Positions 40,264 through 47,989 of a stretch of DNA of 52,189 nucleotides are shown in pieces (positions within the stretch are counted from its first letter, which is position 1; each line of letters begins with the position of its first letter). The notes under the pieces were generated by a model. The model worked only from the letters and a program-made list of their open reading frames with translations, was not told the DNA's origin and searched no databases. A program made the position numbers and the translations under genes. The stretch comes from Candidatus Iainarchaeum sp. Its GTDB lineage: Archaea > Iainarchaeota > Iainarchaeia > Iainarchaeales > JAFCCW01. The stretch spans positions 1-52,189 of the forward strand of contig JAFCCW010000003.1 in the NCBI GenBank assembly GCA_017609985.1. Reading direction: 5' to 3'.

Positions 40264-40310
40264 TTATAATCACATTTATTAATGGATAATTGGGTTTAAA
40301 TAGATAGTGG

Positions 40311-40616
40311 TCAGCCTCTTGCAAGAGACTCAACTGCTGCAATATACTCGCTCCTATTGGTTCCAACAGGCTTTTGGGCAAAAATTTTCACAAGCTCAGC
40401 TTCACGTCTTTTTCGTTTGATAAGGTCCAAAAGCTCTGGATTGGTTAGCTTTATTTCTTCAAGAACATTTCTAACCACGCCATATCTGTGTGCATTTTTT
40501 CGAACATCTGGGTTTGGAGCTCCGCCAATAGCTAAAATAACATTGCCAGTAATTGAATCGATTGTTCTCTTTCTTTGATAATCTCGAAACCAATTTGAAA
40601 ATCTTTTCAAAGGCAT
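40311..40616 (-). CDS. Hypothetical protein
   Basis: ATG 40616 directly after the ilvE stop (MPLKRFSNWFRDYQRKR...). Confidence 0.6.
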   Translation of the reverse strand: MPLKRFSNWFRDYQRKRTIDSITGNVILAIGGAPNPDVRKNAHRYGVVRNVLEEIKLTNPELLDLIKRKRREAELVKIFAQKPVGTNRSEYIAAVESLARG

Positions 40617-40617
40617 G

Positions 40618-41535
40618 CTATTTACCCACAAAGTCCAGCCAGCTCTCGTATTCAAATACCTTGCCATGAATTGCGTCAAAGTATTTTTCCTGAATTAGTT
40701 TGGTTATTGACCCAGGCTTGCCTTCTCCAATCTGCTTTCCATCAATCTCTCTGATTGGAGTTACTTCAGCAGCAGTGCCTGTTAAGAAAACCTCTTCTGC
40801 TTTGAAAATTTCTTCTTGCGGGATATCTCGCTCAACTACTTCTATTCCATTGTCTTTTGCTATACGAATAACGCTGTCACGGGTTATTCCTTCAAGAATG
40901 TGGTCAAGAGGAGGAGTAACAAGCGTTCCGTCAAAAACTGCGAACACGTTTTCGCCTGTTCCCTCTGAAATGTTCTTGTTGTTGTCCAACAGCAATGCTT
41001 CATCAAAACCTTCCTTGATTGCCTCTGCTTTTGCAAGAGCAGAGCTGATATAAAAGCCTGAAATTTTTGCCTGATTAAGTTCCTTCTTCATGTTGAAAAG
41101 AGAATAGGAAGAAATCTTTGTAGTGATGCCGTTCTTGATTCCTTCTTCTCCAAGATAAGGGCCCCATGGCCAGACAGCAACTGCGACATCAACCTTGCAG
41201 TCAATAGGGTTTAAGCCCATCTTGCCGTATCCAAGATAAGCAATCGGACGAATGTAGCATTCCTTAATATTGTTAAGCTTGATTAAGTCAAAACTTGCTT
41301 TTCTCAAATCCTCTTTCTGAAAAGGCAGTTCCATTCCAGCAGTGTCTGCAGACTTGAACAGCCTGTCAAGATGTTCTTTGAATCGAAAAACAGCGGGTCC
41401 TTTTTCAGTGTCATAGCACCTGATTCCCTCAAAAACGCCAGTCCCATAATGGAGAGCGTGAGTCAGCATATGAATGCTTGCCTTGCTCCAGTCAACTATT
41501 TCCCCGTTCAACCAAATTTTTTCAACCTCATCCAT
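40618..41535 (-). CDS. ilvE: Branched-chain amino acid aminotransferase
   Basis: LHYGTGVFEGIR, YIRP, AK (PLP Lys), EGTGEN, LEGITR, GTAAEVTP. Confidence 0.97.
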   Translation of the reverse strand: MDEVEKIWLNGEIVDWSKASIHMLTHALHYGTGVFEGIRCYDTEKGPAVFRFKEHLDRLFKSADTAGMELPFQKEDLRKASFDLIKLNNIKECYIRPIAYLGYGKMGLNPIDCKVDVAVAVWPWGPYLGEEGIKNGITTKISSYSLFNMKKELNQAKISGFYISSALAKAEAIKEGFDEALLLDNNKNISEGTGENVFAVFDGTLVTPPLDHILEGITRDSVIRIAKDNGIEVVERDIPQEEIFKAEEVFLTGTAAEVTPIREIDGKQIGEGKPGSITKLIQEKYFDAIHGKVFEYESWLDFVGK

Positions 41536-41626
41536 CAAAACACCTTTTTCGGATTGAATAATATTGTTTGCTAAAATTTAAATAAATAGGGTTTGTAACT
41601 ATATCATAAATTAAAAAGGTGATTTA

Positions 41627-42283
41627 ATGCCGTTGATTCCGAGAAGAATTGTTAATCGCTTATTCTTTGGAAAAGAAATTGAAGGAGAACATGCTAAAAT
41701 AAGGATTGAAACAAAAGGTAAACTAAAGGGATATGTCCGAAGATTTGGCAAAGTTCAAAAAAGAGAATACAGTTTAAGCATGGCTATGGCACATGTTATG
41801 TTTCCGGAAAATTTTCCAAAACCTATTGCTTCCGGAGACCCAGCACCCAAACAGAAAAGTATAAACCGGCAAGTAACCTATTCTGAGCCAGTTCTTCTTG
41901 ATGACCAAAGTCAGAGAGCAATAGAAGATATTTATGAAGGTATGAAAGAGAACAAAATAGCGAATGAAGTTGCTCCAGAACATATGGCAAAACTTGGCAA
42001 GCATGGAATTTATGAAGGTGGACAGAGACAAGAAAATTCAATACTTCATTCCTTTGAATCTGCAGGAATTAAAACAAATTCATTACCCACTAATGTTGGA
42101 TTTAATGTGCATGGAACTCCAATTTTTTTCGAAGTATTGGAGATTAATGTTTCCCTGCTTGAAAAAGCAATTAAGAAAGTTAAAGATCCCCTTAGAAAAA
42201 AACAAGCAATAAAAGTATTAGAAGGTCTTAAACAAATGATTCCTGAAAAAGACCACAAATATTTTGTTCAAGTTCACAATTAA
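41627..42283 (+). CDS. Hypothetical protein, possibly a degenerate protein-kinase-like fold
   Basis: Intact ORF; FESAGIKTNSLPTNVGF...PIFFE loosely resembles a kinase catalytic loop and DFG region. Confidence 0.7.
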   Translation: MPLIPRRIVNRLFFGKEIEGEHAKIRIETKGKLKGYVRRFGKVQKREYSLSMAMAHVMFPENFPKPIASGDPAPKQKSINRQVTYSEPVLLDDQSQRAIEDIYEGMKENKIANEVAPEHMAKLGKHGIYEGGQRQENSILHSFESAGIKTNSLPTNVGFNVHGTPIFFEVLEINVSLLEKAIKKVKDPLRKKQAIKVLEGLKQMIPEKDHKYFVQVHN

Positions 42284-42290
42284 AAAATAA

Positions 42291-42908
42291 TTACAATCCA
42301 AGAACTTCTTCTAACTCAGGATATTCTCCAAAAAATAATTTTAACTGATTGTTAAAATCAGAGTGTTCCAAAAGTTCTGTGTTTTCAAGAAGCCGAATAA
42401 AAGATGCTCTGGCTATTTGGTTTTTTCTCAAAATATTTGCAAGTTGGGGTTTGTCATAGGCAAGAAGAAATTTTATTCTCGCAGGATTAACTCCACGAAA
42501 ACGTTTTGCAGAATCAACTATTTTTCCAAAACTTTCCAGTGCTTGTTTGTCTCCTTTTTTTGCAGAGGAAAGTAAATTTTTTGCAGCTTCAGCAGCAGTT
42601 TCGGAAGTAATTCTATGAGCAGAATAATTCCTAAGCAAATCAATTGTGAAACCATGCCCTGCAGAAACAAGCTTGGAAACTCCTGCTGAAAATTTGCCCC
42701 AATTGATTACTCCAATATCAGTAGCCAGCGGAGCCCTATAATCCTGCCTGCCGAAGCTTTCCATAATCAATTTAGCAGCACCCTCTCTCAGTTTGTTTGA
42801 TTCGATAAGATGTTGCCTTTTTGGATGTTTTTCAGGAAGAAAAGGAAATGGATTTCTCGGACGCTTTGATTTTCTTTTCCTATGCCTGTTTCTTCGTTCA
42901 GGAGGCAT
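42291..42908 (-). CDS. Hypothetical protein with highly basic N-terminus
   Basis: 205 aa ORF starting MPPERRNRHRKRKSKRPR. Confidence 0.7.
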   Translation of the reverse strand: MPPERRNRHRKRKSKRPRNPFPFLPEKHPKRQHLIESNKLREGAAKLIMESFGRQDYRAPLATDIGVINWGKFSAGVSKLVSAGHGFTIDLLRNYSAHRITSETAAEAAKNLLSSAKKGDKQALESFGKIVDSAKRFRGVNPARIKFLLAYDKPQLANILRKNQIARASFIRLLENTELLEHSDFNNQLKLFFGEYPELEEVLGL

Positions 42909-42944
42909 AAAACATAAACAGAGTTGAATAATTTAATTCTTTCC

Positions 42945-43520
42945 CTATTCATAGATTCTGTTCTCTTTGATGAAGTCAGCAACTTTTGGAGAAACAAGAT
43001 GCGAAACATCTTCTCCGATTGCTATCTGAGAACGAACCATTGTGCTTGAAACATCAACCTTTTTTGCATGATTAAGAACAATCGGGCTTCCCTTCAAAAC
43101 CATCTCGTTTGTTATGGGAACATAATTTGGAAGAGGAACAACAACTAGCTGTATTTCACCCATGATTTTTTCAGGCTCTTGCCAGTTAGGAAACTGATCA
43201 ATCAGGTCAGAACCAATAATCCAGTAAAATTCATGCTCTGGGAACTTTCTCTTAAGGTCGCGAACAGTATCAATTGTGTATGTGAGATTGTGAATATCCT
43301 GCAAATCAGAAACTTTCAGGCGGGGAATTCCTTCAATAGCAAGCTCAATCATTTTGCACCGATCTTCAAAGGAAGCAATCAAGCCAGACTTCATTGGGTT
43401 TCTGGGACAGGGCATGAACCAGACCTCGTCTGTATGTGTTAACCTAAGCACTTCAAGAGCAGCACTTATATGCCCTTTGTGCACTGGATCAAAACTTCCG
43501 CCAAAAATTCCTATTTTCAT
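42945..43520 (-). CDS. nadD: Nicotinate-nucleotide adenylyltransferase (bacterial NadD type)
   Basis: GGSFDPVHKGH, YTIDT, IIGSD, W, SSTMVR. Confidence 0.95.
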   Translation of the reverse strand: MKIGIFGGSFDPVHKGHISAALEVLRLTHTDEVWFMPCPRNPMKSGLIASFEDRCKMIELAIEGIPRLKVSDLQDIHNLTYTIDTVRDLKRKFPEHEFYWIIGSDLIDQFPNWQEPEKIMGEIQLVVVPLPNYVPITNEMVLKGSPIVLNHAKKVDVSSTMVRSQIAIGEDVSHLVSPKVADFIKENRIYE

Positions 43521-43546
43521 TAAACAACACCGCCATAAAATTCCAG

Positions 43547-43610
43547 TTAATCTTTGTTTGATTTAATCTTTGTTTGATTTAATCTTTGTTCATTCAATCT
43601 TTACTTGAAT
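43547..43610. repeat. 16-bp tandem repeat TTAATCTTTGTTTGAT, about 4 degenerating copies, between nadC and nadD
   Basis: AATCTTT cores at 43549, 43565, 43581 and 43596. Confidence 0.85.
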
Positions 43611-43616
43611 TAATTT

Positions 43617-44453
43617 TTATTCAATCACAACCTCTACAAGCAATGAAAAATCAATTCCGTTAACTGAATGAGTTAAAGAACCCATTGAAACAATATCTGC
43701 TTCAACTCCATTGTATTTGGAAATGTTTTTCATTGTAACCCCTCCGGAAATCTCAATTTTTGCATTGCACTCTTTTTTAATGAGCGGGATTGCTTTTTTG
43801 ATTTCAGCCAGGGAAAAATTGTCAAGCATTATTATATCAGGTTTTGCTGTTGCTGCTTCAAGAGCTTCTTCAATGGACGAGACTTCAACCTCGATAAATT
43901 TTTTCTTCCTGCCAAACTTTTTCCTTGCCTTTTCGATTGCTTGTGCAGGAGAATCAAAAAAAAGCAAGTGGTTTTCCTTAAAGAGCACGCCATCACTCAG
44001 ATTTTCTCGATGAGGCCAGACTCCAGCAATAACTGCTGCTTTTTTGTCAAAATAGTTAAGGAGCGGAGCTGTCTTTCTGGTCAAGGCAACTCTTGTTTTC
44101 TTCCCAAGCTTTGACTGAGCCAGAGAAGCAGAGCTTGCGACTCCGGACATTCTCCCAAGAAAGTTCATTGCAGTGCGCTCAAGCTTGAGAATAGAGTGAT
44201 TGTTTCCACTCAATGCAATTATTTTTTCTCCCTTCTTCACTTTTGCCCCGTCTTTCTTCAACAGCCTTGCATCAACCTTGAAGTGATTGAAGAGAAAAAC
44301 TGCTTCCTCTGCCCCAGCAAGCAAACAGTCCTGCTTGGAGTAAACAGAAGCAGTGCATTTTTTTAACGGAGTAACAGAAGAAGTTGAGTCCCCTTTTCCG
44401 ACATCTTCTCTAACCGCTAAGATAAGTTTTTTCTTTTCTCGTGCAGGAATCAT
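43617..44453 (-). CDS. nadC: Quinolinate phosphoribosyltransferase
   Basis: EDVGKGD, ERTAMNFL, TRKT, HR, KENH, EVEV, MLDN, SGG. Confidence 0.95.
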   Translation of the reverse strand: MIPAREKKKLILAVREDVGKGDSTSSVTPLKKCTASVYSKQDCLLAGAEEAVFLFNHFKVDARLLKKDGAKVKKGEKIIALSGNNHSILKLERTAMNFLGRMSGVASSASLAQSKLGKKTRVALTRKTAPLLNYFDKKAAVIAGVWPHRENLSDGVLFKENHLLFFDSPAQAIEKARKKFGRKKKFIEVEVSSIEEALEAATAKPDIIMLDNFSLAEIKKAIPLIKKECNAKIEISGGVTMKNISKYNGVEADIVSMGSLTHSVNGIDFSLLVEVVIE

Positions 44454-45205
44454 TCAACCAACTCAGCAATGGGTGTGGGAGAGCTCTTGTGCATGTTTTT
44501 TCCAACAAGAGCAATTACTTTTTCAACAAGATTAATATCAAACATTGTTTTAAGCTCTGCCTCGCTTTTTCTCTGTTCAATTGCTCGAAGAACCGGGTCA
44601 AGCACTGCATAAGAGTAACCAAGCTCCTGTTCATCAGTCTGGCCTTCAAAAAGTCCTGCAGACGGGGGCTTTGAAATCACTTCTTCCGGAACTCCCGCTA
44701 CTCTGGCAACTTCAAAAACATCTGTCTTGAACAAGTCTCCGATTGGCAGAAAGTCACAGGCTCCGTCACCATGCTTTGTAAAATAGCCAAGCATTAGCTC
44801 GCTTTTGTTTCCTGTACCGATAACAAGAGAATTGTTAGAGTTTGCAAAATTGTAAAGGAGAAGCATCCGGACACGTGCTTTGGAATTTGCTTGTGCAAGA
44901 CTGGGCTGTTTCCAAGGCAGTGAAGAAATTGGTGAAAGAATTTTGTCAATTGGCTGAACAGAATAATTGATTCCCATAGCAGCAGCAATTGAGGACTCAT
45001 CTTCAAGAGTGCAAGAGGCAATGGAAGCGTCTGGCATGAGAATAGCAGTTACCTTCTTCTTTGGAAGAGCTTTTGCAAGAATATAACCGACAAGAGCAGA
45101 GTCAATTCCACAGCTTAATCCAAACACAGCTGTTTCAGCATTGCTTGCGTCAAAATATTCTTTTGTTGCTTTGACTATTTCCTTAAATTTTTCTTCAGGA
45201 GTCAT
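44450..45205 (-). CDS. nadE: NH3-dependent NAD+ synthetase
   Basis: GLSCGIDS (SGGxDS variant), NSKARVRM, GTGNKSE, GYFTKHGDG, KPPSAGL, QTDE. Confidence 0.95.
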   Translation of the reverse strand: MTPEEKFKEIVKATKEYFDASNAETAVFGLSCGIDSALVGYILAKALPKKKVTAILMPDASIASCTLEDESSIAAAMGINYSVQPIDKILSPISSLPWKQPSLAQANSKARVRMLLLYNFANSNNSLVIGTGNKSELMLGYFTKHGDGACDFLPIGDLFKTDVFEVARVAGVPEEVISKPPSAGLFEGQTDEQELGYSYAVLDPVLRAIEQRKSEAELKTMFDINLVEKVIALVGKNMHKSSPTPIAELVE

Positions 45206-45230
45206 TGCATTATTGGGAAAGAAAAAGTTA

Positions 45231-46532
45231 TTAAATGCCTTTCCACTTTTTCAAAGCCTGTGCTAGTTCCTTGTTTGCTTTTGAAAAATCTTCAAGACTA
45301 ACTCCATGCATTGTAGCAGAAACAGCTTGCCTCATTGCCTTTGCTCCAGCAATGCTTCCATTTGGGTGCCCGTGCACACCACCACCTGCCTGAATTATTA
45401 TATCATTTCCCATATATTTCATCATTGCGGGAATTTTGCCGGGGTGAACTCCACCAGAAGCAACAGCAAAAACAGGTTTTAAATCAAGCCAGTCTTCTTT
45501 GAGCACGTGATCTGCAGGAGAAGCTTCGATTAACTGTTTTTCAACTTCCTGGTCAATAAACTGGACTTCTCTCTTGCCGCCCTCCATCTTGCCCACAATT
45601 GCGCCAATGTGAAGCTGGTCAACACCAATTAGCCTGCAAAGCTTTGCAATCAAAAGCATTGAAATACCATGCCTGTGCGAGCGAGTGAAAGCCGCATGCC
45701 CAGCACGATGAGCATGAATAATTAAACCAAGATTTTCATTGCGCAATTCCTGCAAAGCACTCCATCCAACTGTGAGAACATCAACCATCATATAGTCTCC
45801 GCCGTGTTCTCGCACAAACTTTGCCCGCCTGACCATCTCCTTATAAGGCGCAGTGACGTTAGGCATGTAAATCTTGACCTCTCCTGTTTCCTTCTCACAG
45901 GTGTTGCGCATTTTCAGAGTTTGCTTGATTCTTTTTTCAAAATTATTAAACTTCATTGAAGAAAGATTTTCATCATCCTTGACAATATCACAGCCTCCAA
46001 GCCAGGCATTGTAAGCAGCTTTTGCATGTTCTTTCTCGTTAAGACCAAGTTTTGGTTTAATAATAGTGCCAACCAATGGCCTGTCTTCAACTCCAGTGAA
46101 ACTGCGAATACCTGGGATTCCGAAAGCAGGACCCTTAAAGCTTTTTATGTAGAAGTCAGGAAAGTTTATGTCTTCAAGGCGAAGATTGTTAACTATCTTC
46201 ATGCCAAAAACATTCCCTGCAATTGAACTCATCAACTGAGGAATATTGCCTTCTTCAAACAAGTCTCCTGGATAGGCTATTCGAATTGTCTTTGTCTTTG
46301 GATTCGAGTAAACCACTGTTGGAGCAAGAGTCTTGCGAATGCGAGGCACAGAAGTGCAAACATCAGTCCATGTTCCAACAGAACTTTCCCCTGCAATCGC
46401 CTCGGCGGATGTCTTGAATGAGACACCGCGAGCTGGCTCTACGCGAAATTCTGCAACAAAGTCTGTTTCCTTTGGCTTGTATTTTTTATTAGTAAACCCA
46501 GTGTAAGCTTCTTTCTTTTGCATTGAAATCAT
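45231..46532 (-). CDS. rbcL: Form III (archaeal-type) RuBisCO large subunit
   Basis: ESSVGTW, IIKPKLG, KDDE carbamylation motif, HAHRAGH, loop-6 GKMEG, SGG, GGGVHGHP. Confidence 0.95.
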   Translation of the reverse strand: MISMQKKEAYTGFTNKKYKPKETDFVAEFRVEPARGVSFKTSAEAIAGESSVGTWTDVCTSVPRIRKTLAPTVVYSNPKTKTIRIAYPGDLFEEGNIPQLMSSIAGNVFGMKIVNNLRLEDINFPDFYIKSFKGPAFGIPGIRSFTGVEDRPLVGTIIKPKLGLNEKEHAKAAYNAWLGGCDIVKDDENLSSMKFNNFEKRIKQTLKMRNTCEKETGEVKIYMPNVTAPYKEMVRRAKFVREHGGDYMMVDVLTVGWSALQELRNENLGLIIHAHRAGHAAFTRSHRHGISMLLIAKLCRLIGVDQLHIGAIVGKMEGGKREVQFIDQEVEKQLIEASPADHVLKEDWLDLKPVFAVASGGVHPGKIPAMMKYMGNDIIIQAGGGVHGHPNGSIAGAKAMRQAVSATMHGVSLEDFSKANKELAQALKKWKGI

Positions 46533-46579
46533 AGTTATTATGATTTATCTTTTTAATAACTTTTGCTTCTGGTTAGTGT

Positions 46580-47155
46580 ATGATAATCATTGTTTCAGGT
46601 TTTGCGGGGAGCGGAAAAAGCACTCTTGCAAAAAAGCTTGCAAAAAAGCATGGATTAAAGGCAGTTCACGCTTCAGACATCCTGCGCAAGCTTAAGGGGA
46701 AAGAAATTCAGGAAATTGATGCAGGAAATACAAGTGCTAGTTCTGGCTGGTGGGAATCAAAAGAAGCAGAAGAATATCTTAAGAAAAGACTAGAAGACGG
46801 AAGTATGGACCTGGCTCTTGACAAAAAGCTAGAAGAAATCATTGAAAAAGACGCTGTTGTTCTCGACAGCAAGACAATGGGAAATTTGAGCAATAAAGGA
46901 TTTAGAATTTGGCTGGACGCATCAGCTGAGAAAAGAGCAGAGAGAATAGCTGAAAGAGACAAGCTGAATGAAAAAGAAGTGCTTAGAAAGATAACTGAAC
47001 GGGATGAGGCAGACAAGAAAATTTACAAAAAATTATATAAATTCAATCTTGGAGAAGACCTTGAAGGATTTGACTTAGTTATTCACTCAGACAAACTGAC
47101 TGCGGAAGATGTTTTTGAAAAGGCAGTTAAGGCAATTGAGGAAAAAACAAAGTGA
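46580..47155 (+). CDS. cmk: Cytidylate kinase (archaeal type)
   Basis: IIVSGFAGSGKST, LDKK, RAERIAERD, R..AD.K.Y..LY pattern. Confidence 0.85.
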   Translation: MIIIVSGFAGSGKSTLAKKLAKKHGLKAVHASDILRKLKGKEIQEIDAGNTSASSGWWESKEAEEYLKKRLEDGSMDLALDKKLEEIIEKDAVVLDSKTMGNLSNKGFRIWLDASAEKRAERIAERDKLNEKEVLRKITERDEADKKIYKKLYKFNLGEDLEGFDLVIHSDKLTAEDVFEKAVKAIEEKTK

Positions 47156-47161
47156 AAAAGA

Positions 47162-47989
47162 TTATCCTCTTTTTTTAAGCACTCTTTTTGCCAATACTGC
47201 AGCAGCAATCAAAGCAACCAAAACCACTGCAATCATCAGATAATTTTCATCTATTTCACCTGAATCCTGAGCAGGACTCTCTGAAGAAGGCTGTTCTTCA
47301 ACAAACCTTGTTTGAATGCACTCGTTGCTCTGGCATACCATTTCTTCACCGCACTCCGAACCATCAGGCAATTCCGTGAAAACACACTCTCCGCCGGCAC
47401 AGCTGTCAGAAGTGCATGGATTAAAGTCATTGCAGGTCATTCCAACACAGGTTCCCTCTTCAAGCTTTATCAATGCAGATGGTTTTGGCATTTCCTTGAA
47501 ATCTGTTTCCTCTATCCTGCTGTCCTGCTGAGAACTATAGCTTATCTTTACTGTCGCGTTCATTGGAATCTTCTTGAATGAAAACTTTATTATCGGATCT
47601 TCTTCCAGGATTTTGAAATCCTGTTCGCTCCTGATTAATGAAGCACTGCTGATTATGTTCTTTGGAATAGATTCAATCAAGGAAATGTTTTCAAGATCTC
47701 TTCCTGAAACATTTGTAAGATTTATTATCAGCTCGTTGTCGTATCCTGAGATTCCTTCATCGCCAAGCAATAGTTTCACTCTCATTGCTCTGCTAAAAAA
47801 CAAGTCGGCTTTTTCAGCAAGCCTTTTTTCAATTGGAACACCGTCCTGGGTTATCTCCACAATAATCAGGTTTTCTTCAGGAGGAACATAGTCTGAGTCT
47901 TTCAGCAATGAAACAAAACCAGTCATGCTGAGAGCAGAAGCTGTGGCAAAAAGCAGCAGCAAAAACAAAATTACCCTGCTGTTTCTCAT
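47162..47989 (-). CDS. Membrane-anchored secreted protein with Ig-like and Cys-rich modules
   Basis: N-terminal signal peptide, IESIPK...EEDP domain, CNDFNPCTSDSC Cys-rich motif, C-terminal TM helix and basic tail. Confidence 0.85.
   Translation of the reverse strand: MRNSRVILFLLLLFATASALSMTGFVSLLKDSDYVPPEENLIIVEITQDGVPIEKRLAEKADLFFSRAMRVKLLLGDEGISGYDNELIINLTNVSGRDLENISLIESIPKNIISSASLIRSEQDFKILEEDPIIKFSFKKIPMNATVKISYSSQQDSRIEETDFKEMPKPSALIKLEEGTCVGMTCNDFNPCTSDSCAGGECVFTELPDGSECGEEMVCQSNECIQTRFVEEQPSSESPAQDSGEIDENYLMIAVVLVALIAAAVLAKRVLKKRG

Noticed and set aside
45231-46532. RuBisCO-like protein (form IV)
   Set aside because: The KDDE motif, HxHRAGH and loop-6 Lys (GKMEG) are intact, as in true carboxylases
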